Origin: Eledone cirrhosa
Taxonomy: Eukaryota
Length of the DNA: 64,000 nucleotides
Reading direction: 5' to 3'
Assembly (NCBI GenBank): GCA_964016885.1
Contig: OZ024741.1
Coordinates: 415,648,001 to 415,712,000 of the forward strand
Under the pieces are notes generated by a model, which ran no database searches, was not told where the DNA came from, and saw only the letters and a program-made list of their open reading frames with translations. This document shows, in pieces, positions 1 through 13,164 of this stretch; the first letter of the stretch is position 1; the number at the start of each line of letters is the position of its first letter. Made by a program: the position numbers and the translations under genes.

Positions 1-3000
1 GTTATATTAACTGGGGCCTCTGTTATATTAACTGGGGCCTCCGTTATATTAACTGGGGTCTCTATTATATTAACTGGGGCCTCTGTTATATTAACTGGGG
101 CCTCTGTTATATTAACTGGGGCCTCTGTTATATTAAATGGGGTCTCTGTTATATTAACTGGGGTCTCTGTTATATTAACTGGTGCCTCTGTTATATTAAC
201 TGGGGTCTCTGTTATATTAACTGGGGCCTCTGTTATATTAACTGGGGCCTCTGTTATATTAACTGGGGTCTCTGTTATATTAACTGGGGTCTCTGTTATA
301 TTAACTGGGGTATGTTATATTAACTGGGGCCTCTGTAATATTAACTAGGGTCTCTATTATATTAACTGGGGTCTCTGTTATATTAACTGGGGCCTCTGTT
401 ATATTAACTGGGGCCTCTGTTATATTAACTGGGGCCTCCGTTATATTAACTGGGGTCTCTGTTATATTAACTGGGGTCTCTGTTATCTTAAATGGGGTCT
501 CTGTTATATTAACTGGGGTCTCTGTTATATTAACTGGTGCCTCTGTTATATTAACTGGGGTCTCTGTTATATTAGCTGGGGCCTCTGTTATATTAACTGG
601 GGTCTCTATTATATTAACTGGGGTCTCTGGTATCTTAAATGGGGTCTCTGTTATATTAACTGGGACCTCTGTTATATTAACTGGGGTCTCTGTTATATTA
701 ACTGGGGTCTCTGTTATATTTACTGGGGTATGTTATATTAACTGGGGTCTCTGTTATATTAACTGGGCCCTCTGTTATATTAATTGGGACTCTGTTATAA
801 TAACTGGGGTCTGTGTAATATTAACTGGGGTCTGTGTAATATTAACTGGGGCCTCTGTTATATTAACTGGGGCCTCTGTTATATTAACTGGGGCCTCTGT
901 TATATTAACTGGGGTCTCTGTTATATTAACTGTGGCCTCTGTTATATTGACTGGGGCCTCTGTTATGTTAACTGGGGCCTCTGTTATATTAACTGGGCTC
1001 TCTGTTATATTAACTGGGGTCTCTGTTATATTAACTGGGGTCTCTGTTATATTAACTGGGGTCTCTGTTATATTAACTGGGGTCTCTGTTATATTAACTC
1101 GGGTCTGTTATATTAACTGGGGTCTCTGTTATATTAACTGGGGTATGTTATATTAACTGGGGTCTCTGTAATATTAACTGGGGTCTCTATTATATTAACT
1201 GGGGTCTCTGTTATATTAACTGGGGTCTCTGTTATATTAACTGGAGTCTCTGTTATATTAACTGGGGTCTCTGTTATATTAACTGGGGCCTCTGTTATAT
1301 TAACTGGGGCCTCTGTTATATTAACTGGGGCCTCTGTTATATTAACTGGGGCCTCTGTTATATTAACTGGGGGCTCTGTTATATTAACTGGGGCCTCTGT
1401 TATATTAATTGGGGTCTCTGTCATATTAACTGGGATCTCTGTTATGTTAACTGGGGCCTCTGTTATATTAACTGGGGCTTCTGTTATATTAACTGGGGCC
1501 TCTGTTATATTAACTGGGGTCTCTGTTATATTAACTGGGGTCTCTGTTATATTAACTGGGGTCTCTGTTATATTAACTGGGGCCTCTGTTATATTAACTG
1601 GGGCCTCTGTTATATTAACTGGGGTCTCTGTTATATTAACTGGGGTCTCTGTTATATTGTCTGGAGTCTCTGTTATATTAACTGGGGTCTCTGTTATATT
1701 AACTGGGGCCTCTGTTATATTAACTGGGGCCTCTGTTATATTAACTGGGGCCTCCGTTATATTAACTGGGGTCTCTGTTATATTAACTGGGGTCTCTGTT
1801 ATCTTAAATGGGGTCTCTGTTATATTAACTGGGGTCTCTGTTATATTAACTGGTGCCTCTGTTATATTAACTGGGGTCTCTGTTATATTAGCAGGGGCCT
1901 CTGTTATATTAACTGGGGTCTCTATTATATTAACTGGGGTCTCTGTTATCTTAAATGGGGTCTCTGTTATATTAACTGGGACCTCTGTTATATTAACTGG
2001 GGTCTCTGTTATATTAACTGGGGTCTCTGTTATATTTACTGGGGTATGTTATATTAACTGGGGTCTCTGTTATATTAACTGGGCCCTCTGTTATATTAAT
2101 TGGGGCCTCTGTTATAATAACTGGGGTCTGTGTAATATTAACTGGGGTCTGTGTAATATTAACTGGGGTCTATGTTATATTAACTGGGGTCTCTGTTATA
2201 TTAACTGGGGCCTCTGTTATATTGACTGGGGCCTCTGTTATGTTAACTGGGGCCTCTGTTATATTAACTGGGCTCTCTGTTATATTAACTGGGGTCTCTG
2301 TTATATTAACTGGGGTCTCTGTTATATTAACTGGGGTCTCTGTTATATTAACTGGGGTCTCTGTTATATTAACTGGGGTATGTTATATTAACTGGGGTCT
2401 CTGTAATATTAACTGGGGTCTCTATTATATTAACTGGGGTCTCTGTTATATTAACTGGGGTCTCTGTTATATTAACTGGAGTCTCTGTTATATTAACTGG
2501 GGTCTCTGTTATATTAACTGGGGCCTCTGTTATATTAACTGGGGCCTCTGTTATATTAACTGGGGCCTCTGTTATATTAACTGGGGCCTCCGTTTTATTA
2601 ACTGGGGTCTCTGTTATATTAACTGGGGTCTCTGTTATATTAAATGGCGTCTCTGTTATATTAACTGGGGTTCTGTTATATTGACTGGTGCCTCTGTTAT
2701 ATTAACTGGGGTCTCTGTTATATTAACTGGGGTCTCTGTTATATTAACTGGGGTCTCTGTTATATTAACTGGGGTCTCTGTTATATTAACTGGGGTCTCT
2801 GTTACATTAAATGGGGTCTCTGTTATATTAACTGGGGCCTCTGTTATATTAACTGGGGCCTCTGTTATATTAACTGGGGCCTCTGTTATATTAACTGGGG
2901 TCTCTGTTATATTAGCTGGGGCCTCTGTTATATTAACTGAAGGTCTCTGTTATATTAACTGGGGTCTCTGTTATATTAACTCGGGTCTCTGTTATATTAA

Positions 3001-6000
3001 CTGGGGGCTCTGTTATATTAACTGGGGCTTCTGTTATATTAACTGGGGTCTCTGTTATATTAACTGGGGCCTCTGTTATATTAAATGGGGTCTCTGTTAT
3101 ATTAACTGGGGTCTCTGTTATATTAACTGGGGCCTCTGTTATATTAGCTGGGGCCTCTGTTATATTAACTGGGGTCTCTGTTACATTAAATGGGGTCTCT
3201 GTTACGTTAAATGGGGTCTCTGTTATATTAACTGGGGCCTCTGTTATATTAACTGGGGTCTCTGTTATATTAACTGGGGCCTCTGTTATATTAACTGGGT
3301 TCTCTGTTATATTAACTGGGGTATGTTATATTAACTGGGGTCTCTGTTATATTAACTGGGGTCTCTGTTATATTAACTGGGGTATGTTATATTAACTGGG
3401 GTCTCTGTTATATTAACTGGGGCCTCTGTTATATTAACTGGGGCCTCTGTTATATTAACTGGGGCCTCTGTTATATTAAATGGGGTCTCTGATATATTAA
3501 CTGGGGTCTCTGTTATATTAACTGGGGCCTCTGTTATATTAACTGGGGCCTCTGTTATATTAACTGGGGCCCCTGTTATATTAAATGGGGTCTCTGTTAT
3601 ATTAACTGGCGCCTCTGTTATATTAACTGGGGCCTCTGTTATATTAACTGGGGCCTCTGTTATATTAACTGGGGTCTCTGTTATATTAACTAGGGTCTCT
3701 GTTATATTAAATGGTGCCTCTGTTATAATAACTGGGGTCCCTGTTATATTAACTGGGGCCTCTGTTATATTAACTGGGGTCTCTGTTACATTAAATGGGG
3801 TCTCTGTTATATTAACTGGGGCCTCTGTTATATTAACTGGGCTCTCTGTTTTATTAACTGGGGTCTCTGTTATATTAACTGGGGTCTCTGTTATATTGTC
3901 TGGAGTCTCTGTTATATTAACTGGGGTCTCTGTTATATTAACTGGGGCCTCTGTTATATTAACTGGGGCCTCTGTTATATTAACTGGGGCCTCCGTTATA
4001 TTAACTGGGGTCTCTGTTATATTAACTGGGGTCTCTGTTATCTTAAATGGGGTCTCTGTTATATTAACTGGGGTCTCTGTTATATTAACTGGTGCCTCTG
4101 TTATATTAACTGGGGTCTCTGTTATATTAGCAGGGGCCTCTGTTATATTAACTGGGGTCTCTATTATATTAACTGGGGTCTCTGTTATCTTAAATGGGGT
4201 CTCTGTTATATTAACTGGGACCTCTGTTATATTAACTGGGGTCTCTGTTATATTAACTGGGGTCTCTGTTATATTTACTGGGGTATGTTATATTAACTGG
4301 GGTCTCTGTTATATTAACTGGGCCCTCTGTTATATTAATTGGGGCCTCTGTTATAATAACTGGGGTCTGTGTAATATTAACTGGGGTCTGTGTAATATTA
4401 ACTGGGGTCTATGTTATATTAACTGGGGTCTCTGTTATATTAACTGGGGCCTCTGTTATATTGACTGGGGCCTCTGTTATGTTAACTGGGGCCTCTGTTA
4501 TATTAACTGGGCTCTCTGTTATATTAACTGGGGTCTCTGTTATATTAACTGGGGCCTCTGTTATATTAACTGGGGCCTCTGTTATATTAACTGGGGTCTC
4601 TGTTATATTAACTAGGGTCTCTGTTATATTAAATGGTGCCTCTGTTATAATAACTGGGGTCCCTGTTATATTAACTGGGGCCTCTGTTATATTAACTGGG
4701 GTCTCTGTTATATTAACTGGGGTCTCTGTTATATTAACTGGGGTATGTTATATTAACTGGGGTCTCTGTAATATTAACTGGGGTCTCTATTATATTAACT
4801 GGGGTCTCTGTTATATTAACTGGGGTCTCTGTTATATTAACTGGGGTCACTGTTATATTAACTGGGGCCTCTGTTATATTAACTGGGGCCTCTGTTATAT
4901 TAACTGGGGCCTCCGTTATATTAACTGGGGTCTCTATTATATTAACTGGGGCCTCTGTTATATTAACTGGGGCCTCTGTTATATTAACTGGGGCCTCTGT
5001 TATATTAACTGGGGTCTCTGTTATATTAACTGGGGCCTCTGTTATATTAACTGGGTTCTCTGTTATATTAACTGGGGTATGTTATATTAACTGGGGTCTC
5101 TGTTATATTAACTGGGGTCTCTGTTATATTAACTGGGGTATGTTATATTAACTGGGGTCTCTGTTATATTAACTGGGGCCTCTGTTATATTAACTGGGGC
5201 CTCTGTTATATTAACTGGGGCCTCTGTTATATTAAATGGGGTCTCTGATATATTAACTGGGGTCTCTGTTATATTAACTGGGGCCTCTGTTATATTAACT
5301 GGGGCCTCTGTTATATTAACTGGGGCCCCTGTTATATTAAATGGGGTCTCTGTTATATTAACTGGCGCCTCTGTTATATTAACTGGGGCCTCTGTTATAT
5401 TAACTGGGGCCTCTGTTATATTAACTGGGGTCTCTGTTATATTAACTAGGGTCTCTGTTATATTAAATGGTGCCTCTGTTATAATAACTGGGGTCCCTGT
5501 TATATTAACTGGGGCCTCTGTTATATTAACTGGGGTCTCTGTTACATTAAATGGGGTCTCTGTTATATTAACTGGGGCCTCTGTTATATTAACTGGGCTC
5601 TCTGTTTTATTAACTGGGGTCTCTGTTATATTAACTGGGGTCTCTGTTATATTGTCTGGAGTCTCTGTTATATTAACTGGGGTCTCTGTTATATTAACTG
5701 GGGCCTCTGTTATATTAACTGGGGCCTCTGTTATATTAACTGGGGCCTCCGTTATATTAACTGGGGTCTCTGTTATATTAACTGGGGTCTCTGTTATCTT
5801 AAATGGGGTCTCTGTTATATTAACTGGGGTCTCTGTTATATTAACTGGTGCCTCTGTTATATTAACTGGGGTCTCTGTTTTATTAGCAGGGGCCTCTGTT
5901 ATATTAACTGGGGTCTCTATTATATTAACTGGGGTCTCTGTTATCTTAAATGGGGTCTCTGTTATATTAACTGGGACCTCTGTTATATTAACTGGGGTCT

Positions 6001-9000
6001 CTGTTATATTAACTGGGGTCTCTGTTATATTTACTGGGGTATGTTATATTAACTGGGGTCTCTGTTATATTAACTGGGCCCTCTGTTATATTAATTGGGG
6101 CCTCTGTTATAATAACTGGGGTCTGTGTAATATTAACTGGGGTCTGTGTAATATTAACTGGGGTCTATGTTATATTAACTGGGGTCTCTGTTATATTAAC
6201 TGGGGCCTCTGTTATATTGACTGGGGCCTCTGTTATGTTAACTGGGGCCTCTGTTATATTAACTGGGCTCTCTGTTATATTAACTGGGGTCTCTGTTATA
6301 TTAACTGGGGCCTCTGTTATATTAACTGGGGCCTCTGTTATATTAACTGGGGTCTCTGTTATATTAACTAGGGTCTCTGTTATATTAAATGGTGCCTCTG
6401 TTATAACAACTGGGGTCCCTGTTATATTAACTGGGGCCTCTGTTATATTAACTGGGGTCTCTGTTATATTAATTGGGGTCTCTGTTATATTAACTGGGGC
6501 ATGTTATATTAACTGGGGTCTCTGTAATATTAACTGGGGTCTCTATTATATTAACTGGGGTCTCTGTTATATTAACTGGGGTCTCTGTTATATTAACTGG
6601 GGTCACTGTTATATTAACTGGGGCCTCTGTTATATTAACTGGGGCCTCTGTTATATTAACTGGGGCCTCCGTTATATTAACTGGGGTCTCTATTATATTA
6701 ACTGGGGCCTCTGTTATATTAACTGGGGCCTCTGTTATATTAACTGGGGCCTCTGTTATATTAAATGGGGTCTCTGTTATATTAACTGGGGTCTCTGTTA
6801 TATTAACTGGTGCCTCTGTTATATTAACTGGGGTCTCTGTTATATTAACTGGGGCCTCTGTTATATTAACTGGGGCCTCTGTTATATTAACTGGGGTCTC
6901 TGTTATATTAACTGGGGTCTCTGTTATATTAACTGGGGTATGTTATATTAACTGGGGCCTCTGTAATATTAACTAGGGTCTCTATTATATTAACTGGGGT
7001 CTCTGTTATATTAACTGGGGCCTCTGTTATATTAACTGGGGCCTCTGTTATATTAACTGGGGCCTCCGTTATATTAACTGGGGTCTCTGTTATATTAACT
7101 GGGGTCTCTGTTATCTTAAATGGGGTCTCTGTTATATTAACTGGGGTCTCTGTTATATTAACTGGTGCCTCTGTTATATTAACTGGGGTCTCTGTTATAT
7201 TAGCTGGGGCCTCTGTTATATTAACTGGGGTCTCTATTATATTAACTGGGGTCTCTGGTATCTTAAATGGGGTCTCTGTTATATTAACTGGGACCTCTGT
7301 TATATTAACTGGGGTCTCTGTTATATTAACTGGGGTCTCTGTTATATTTACTGGGGTATGTTATATTAACTGGGGTCTCTGTTATATTAACTGGGCCCTC
7401 TGTTATATTAATTGGGACTCTGTTATAATAACTGGGGTCTGTGTAATATTAACTGGGGTCTGTGTAATATTAACTGGGGCCTCTGTTATATTAACTGGGG
7501 CCTCTGTTATATTAACTGGGGCCTCTGTTATATTAACTGGGGTCTCTGTTATATTAACTGTGGCCTCTGTTATATTGACTGGGGCCTCTGTTATGTTAAC
7601 TGGGGCCTCTGTTATATTAACTGGGCTCTCTGTTATATTAACTGGGGTCTCTGTTATATTAACTGGGGTCTCTGTTATATTAACTGGGGTCTCTGTTATA
7701 TTAACTGGGGTCTCTGTTATATTAACTCGGGTCTGTTATATTAACTGGGGTCTCTGTTATATTAACTGGGGTATGTTATATTAACTGGGGTCTCTGTAAT
7801 ATTAACTGGGGTCTCTATTATATTAACTGGGGTCTCTGTTATATTAACTGGGGTCTCTGTTATATTAACTGGAGTCTCTGTTATATTAACTGGGGTCTCT
7901 GTTATATTAACTGGGGCCTCTGTTATATTAACTGGGGCCTCTGTTATATTAACTGGGGCCTCTGTTATATTAACTGGGGCCTCTGTTATATTAACTGGGG
8001 GCTCTGTTATATTAACTGGGGCCTCTGTTATATTAATTGGGGTCTCTGTCATATTAACTGGGATCTCTGTTATGTTAACTGGGGCCTCTGTTATATTAAC
8101 TGGGGCTTCTGTTATATTAACTGGGGCCTCTGTTATATTAACTGGGGTCTCTGTTATATTAACTGGGGTCTCTGTTATATTAACTGGGGTCTCTGTTATA
8201 TTAACTGGGGCCTCTGTTATATTAACTGGGGCCTCTGTTATATTAACTGGGGTCTCTGTTATATTAACTGGGGTATGTTATATTAACTGGGGCCTCTGTA
8301 ATATTAACTAGGGTCTCTATTATATTAACTGGGATCTCTGTTATATTAACTGGGGCCTCTGTTATATTAACTGGGGTCTCTGTTATATTAACTGGGGTCT
8401 CTGTTATATTGTCTGGAGTCTCTGTTATATTAACTGGGGTCTCTGTTATATTAACTGGGGCCTCTGTTATATTAACTGGGGCCTCTGTTATATTAACTGG
8501 GGCCTCCGTTATATTAACTGGGGTCTCTGTTATATTAACTGGGGTCTCTGTTATCTTAAATGGGGTCTCTGTTATATTAACTGGGGTCTCTGTTATATTA
8601 ACTGGTGCCTCTGTTATATTAACTGGGGTCTCTGTTATATTAGCAGGGGCCTCTGTTATATTAACTGGGGTCTCTATTATATTAACTGGGGTCTCTGTTA
8701 TCTTAAATGGGGTCTCTGTTATATTAACTGGGACCTCTGTTATATTAACTGGGGTCTCTGTTATATTAACTGGGGTCTCTGTTATATTTACTGGGGTATG
8801 TTATATTAACTGGGGTCTCTGTTATATTAACTGGGCCCTCTGTTATATTAATTGGGGCCTCTGTTATAATAACTGGGGTCTGTGTAATATTAACTGGGGT
8901 CTGTGTAATATTAACTGGGGTCTATGTTATATTAACTGGGGTCTCTGTTATATTAACTGGGGCCTCTGTTATATTGACTGGGGCCTCTGTTATGTTAACT

Positions 9001-12000
9001 GGGGCCTCTGTTATATTAACTGGGCTCTCTGTTATATTAACTGGGGTCTCTGTTATATTAACTGGGGTCTCTGTTATATTAACTGGGGTCTCTGTTATAT
9101 TAACTGGGGTCTCTGTTATATTAACTGGGGTATGTTATATTAACTGGGGTCTCTGTAATATTAACTGGGGTCTCTATTATATTAACTGGGGTCTCTGTTA
9201 TATTAACTGGGGTCTCTGTTATATTAACTGGAGTCTCTGTTATATTAACTGGGGTCTCTGTTATATTAACTGGGGCCTCTGTTATATTAACTGGGGCCTC
9301 TGTTATATTAACTGGGGCCTCTGTTATATTAACTGGGGCCTCCGTTTTATTAACTGGGGTCTCTGTTATATTAACTGGGGTCTCTGTTATATTAAATGGC
9401 GTCTCTGTTATATTAACTGGGGTTCTGTTATATTGACTGGTGCCTCTGTTATATTAACTGGGGTCTCTGTTATATTAACTGGGGTCTCTGTTATATTAAC
9501 TGGGGTCTCTGTTATATTAACTGGGGTCTCTGTTATATTAACTGGGGTCTCTGTTACATTAAATGGGGTCTCTGTTATATTAACTGGGGCCTCTGTTATA
9601 TTAACTGGGGCCTCTGTTATATTAACTGGGGCCTCTGTTATATTAACTGGGGTCTCTGTTATATTAACTGGGGCCTCTGTTATATTAACTGGGGCCTCTG
9701 TTATATTAACTGAAGGTCTCTGTTATATTAACTGGGGTCTCTGTTATATTAACTCGGGTCTCTGTTATATTAACTGGGGGCTCTGTTATATTAACTGGGG
9801 CTTCTGTTATATTAACTGGGGTCTCTGTTATATTAACTGGGGCCTCTGTTATATTAAATGGGGTCTCTGTTATATTAACTGGGGTCTCTGTTATATTAAC
9901 TGGGGCCTCTGTTATATTAGCTGGGGCCTCTGTTATATTAACTGGGGTCTCTGTTACATTAAATGGGGTCTCTGTTACGTTAAATGGGGTCTCTGTTATA
10001 TTAACTGGGGCCTCTGTTATATTAACTGGGGTCTCTGTTATATTAACTGGGGCCTCTGTTATATTAACTGGGTTCTCTGTTATATTAACTGGGGTATGTT
10101 ATATTAACTGGGGTCTCTGTTATATTAACTGGGGTCTCTGTTATATTAACTGGGGTATGTTATATTAACTGGGGTCTCTGTTATATTAACTGGGGCCTCT
10201 GTTATATTAACTGGGGCCTCTGTTATATTAACTGGGGCCTCTGTTATATTAAATGGGGTCTCTGATATATTAACTGGGGTCTCTGTTATATTAACTGGGG
10301 CCTCTGTTATATTAACTGGGGCCTCTGTTATATTAACTGGGGCCCCTGTTATATTAAATGGGGTCTCTGTTATATTAACTGGCGCCTCTGTTATATTAAC
10401 TGGGGCCTCTGTTATATTAACTGGGGCCTCTGTTATATTAACTGGGGTCTCTGTTATATTAACTAGGGTCTCTGTTATATTAAATGGTGCCTCTGTTATA
10501 ATAACTGGGGTCCCTGTTATATTAACTGGGGCCTCTGTTATATTAACTGGGGTCTCTGTTACATTAAATGGGGTCTCTGTTATATTAACTGGGGCCTCTG
10601 TTATATTAACTGGGCTCTCTGTTTTATTAACTGGGGTCTCTGTTATATTAACTGGGGTCTCTGTTATATTGTCTGGAGTCTCTGTTATATTAACTGGGGT
10701 CTCTGTTATATTAACTGGGGCCTCTGTTATATTAACTGGGGCCTCTGTTATATTAACTGGGGCCTCCGTTATATTAACTGGGGTCTCTGTTATATTAACT
10801 GGGGTCTCTGTTATCTTAAATGGGGTCTCTGTTATATTAACTGGGGTCTCTGTTATATTAACTGGTGCCTCTGTTATATTAACTGGGGTCTCTGTTATAT
10901 TAGCAGGGGCCTCTGTTATATTAACTGGGGTCTCTATTATATTAACTGGGGTCTCTGTTATCTTAAATGGGGTCTCTGTTATATTAACTGGGACCTCTGT
11001 TATATTAACTGGGGTCTCTGTTATATTAACTGGGGTCTCTGTTATATTTACTGGGGTATGTTATATTAACTGGGGTCTCTGTTATATTAACTGGGCCCTC
11101 TGTTATATTAATTGGGGCCTCTGTTATAATAACTGGGGTCTGTGTAATATTAACTGGGGTCTGTGTAATATTAACTGGGGTCTATGTTATATTAACTGGG
11201 GTCTCTGTTATATTAACTGGGGCCTCTGTTATATTGACTGGGGCCTCTGTTATGTTAACTGGGGCCTCTGTTATATTAACTGGGCTCTCTGTTATATTAA
11301 CTGGGGTCTCTGTTATATTAACTGGGGCCTCTGTTATATTAACTGGGGCCTCTGTTATATTAACTGGGGTCTCTGTTATATTAACTAGGGTCTCTGTTAT
11401 ATTAAATGGTGCCTCTGTTATAATAACTGGGGTCCCTGTTATATTAACTGGGGCCTCTGTTATATTAACTGGGGTCTCTGTTATATTAACTGGGGTCTCT
11501 GTTATATTAACTGGGGTATGTTATATTAACTGGGGTCTCTGTAATATTAACTGGGGTCTCTATTATATTAACTGGGGTCTCTGTTATATTAACTGGGGTC
11601 TCTGTTATATTAACTGGGGTCACTGTTATATTAACTGGGGCCTCTGTTATATTAACTGGGGCCTCTGTTATATTAACTGGGGCCTCCGTTATATTAACTG
11701 GGGTCTCTATTATATTAACTGGGGCCTCTGTTATATTAACTGGGGCCTCTGTTATATTAACTGGGGCCTCTGTTATATTAAATGGGGTCTCTGTTATATT
11801 AACTGGGGTCTCTGTTATATTAACTGGTGCCTCTGTTATATTAACTGGGGTCTCTGTTATATTAACTGGGGCCTCTGTTATATTAACTGGGGCCTCTGTT
11901 ATATTAACTGGGGTCTCTGTTATATTAACTGGGGTCTCTGTTATATTAACTGGGGTATGTTATATTAACTGGGGCCTCTGTAATATTAACTAGGGTCTCT

Positions 12001-12975
12001 ATTATATTAACTGGGGTCTCTGTTATATTAACTGGGGCCTCTGTTATATTAACTGGGGCCTCTGTTATATTAACTGGGGCCTCCGTTATATTAACTGGGG
12101 TCTCTGTTATATTAACTGGGGTCTCTGTTATCTTAAATGGGGTCTCTGTTATATTAACTGGGGTCTCTGTTATATTAACTGGTGCCTCTGTTATATTAAC
12201 TGGGGTCTCTGTTATATTAGCTGGGGCCTCTGTTATATTAACTGGGGTCTCTGGTATCTTAAATGGGGTCTCTGTTATATTAACTGGGACCTCTGTTATA
12301 TTAACTGGGGTCTCTGTTATATTAACTGGGGTCTCTGTTATATTTACTGGGGTATGTTATATTAACTGGGGTCTCTGTTATATTAACTGGGCCCTCTGTT
12401 ATATTAATTGGGGCCTCTGTTATAATAACTGGGGTCTGTGTAATATTAACTGGGGTCTGTGTAATATTAACTGGGGCCTCTGTTATATTAACTGGGGCCT
12501 CTGTTATATTAACTGGGGCCTCTGTTATATTAACTGGGGTCTCTGTTATATTAACTGTGGCCTCTGTTATATTGACTGGGGCCTCTGTTATGTTAACTGG
12601 GGCCTCTGTTATATTAACTGGGCTCTCTGTTATATTAACTGGGGTCTCTGTTATATTAACTGGGGTCTCTGTTATATTAACTGGGGTCTCTGTTATATTA
12701 ACTGGGGTCTCTGTTATATTAACTCGGGTCTGTTATATTAACTGGGGTCTCTGTTATATTAACTGGGGTATGTTATATTAACTGGGGTCTCTGTAATATT
12801 AACTGGGGTCTCTATTATATTAACTGGGGTCTCTGTTATATTAACTGGGGTCTCTGTTATATTAACTGGAGTCTCTGTTATATTAACTGGGGTCTCTGTT
12901 ATATTAACTGGGGCCTCTGTTATATTAACTGGGGCCTCTGTTATATTAACTGGGGCCTCTGTTATATTAACTGGG
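1..12975 (+). repeat. HOR domain A: ~5.0-kb unit, about 2.3 copies (1-6628, 6629-11645, partial third copy)
   Basis: Context-matched 'ggcctccgtt' falls at 41, 6669 and 11686 (offsets 6628, 5017). The private marker 'ttgtctggag' is at 1657, 3896, 5652, 8409 and 10669. ORF-track duplicates are 784/7412, 932/7560/12557 and 6217/11234. Confidence 0.9.
3222..6760 (+). repeat. 1,756-bp tandem duplication inside the first domain-A unit
   Basis: ORF pairs 3896/5652 and 4461/6217 are offset by 1756, as is 'gggttctct' at ~3298 and ~5054. 1756 = 80x21 + 4x19, matching the four 19-mers seen at ~4285, 4744, 5080 and 5140. Confidence 0.9.
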
Positions 12976-13164
12976 GTCTCTGTTATATTAACTGGGGTAT
13001 GTTATATTAACTGGGGCCTCTGTTATATTAACTGGGGCCTCTATTATAGTAACTGGGGTCTCTGTTATATTAACTGGGGTCTGTTATATTAGCAGGGGTC
13101 TCCTTCATATTAACTGGGGTCTCTGTTATATTAACAGGGGTCTCTGTTATATTAACTGGGGTCT

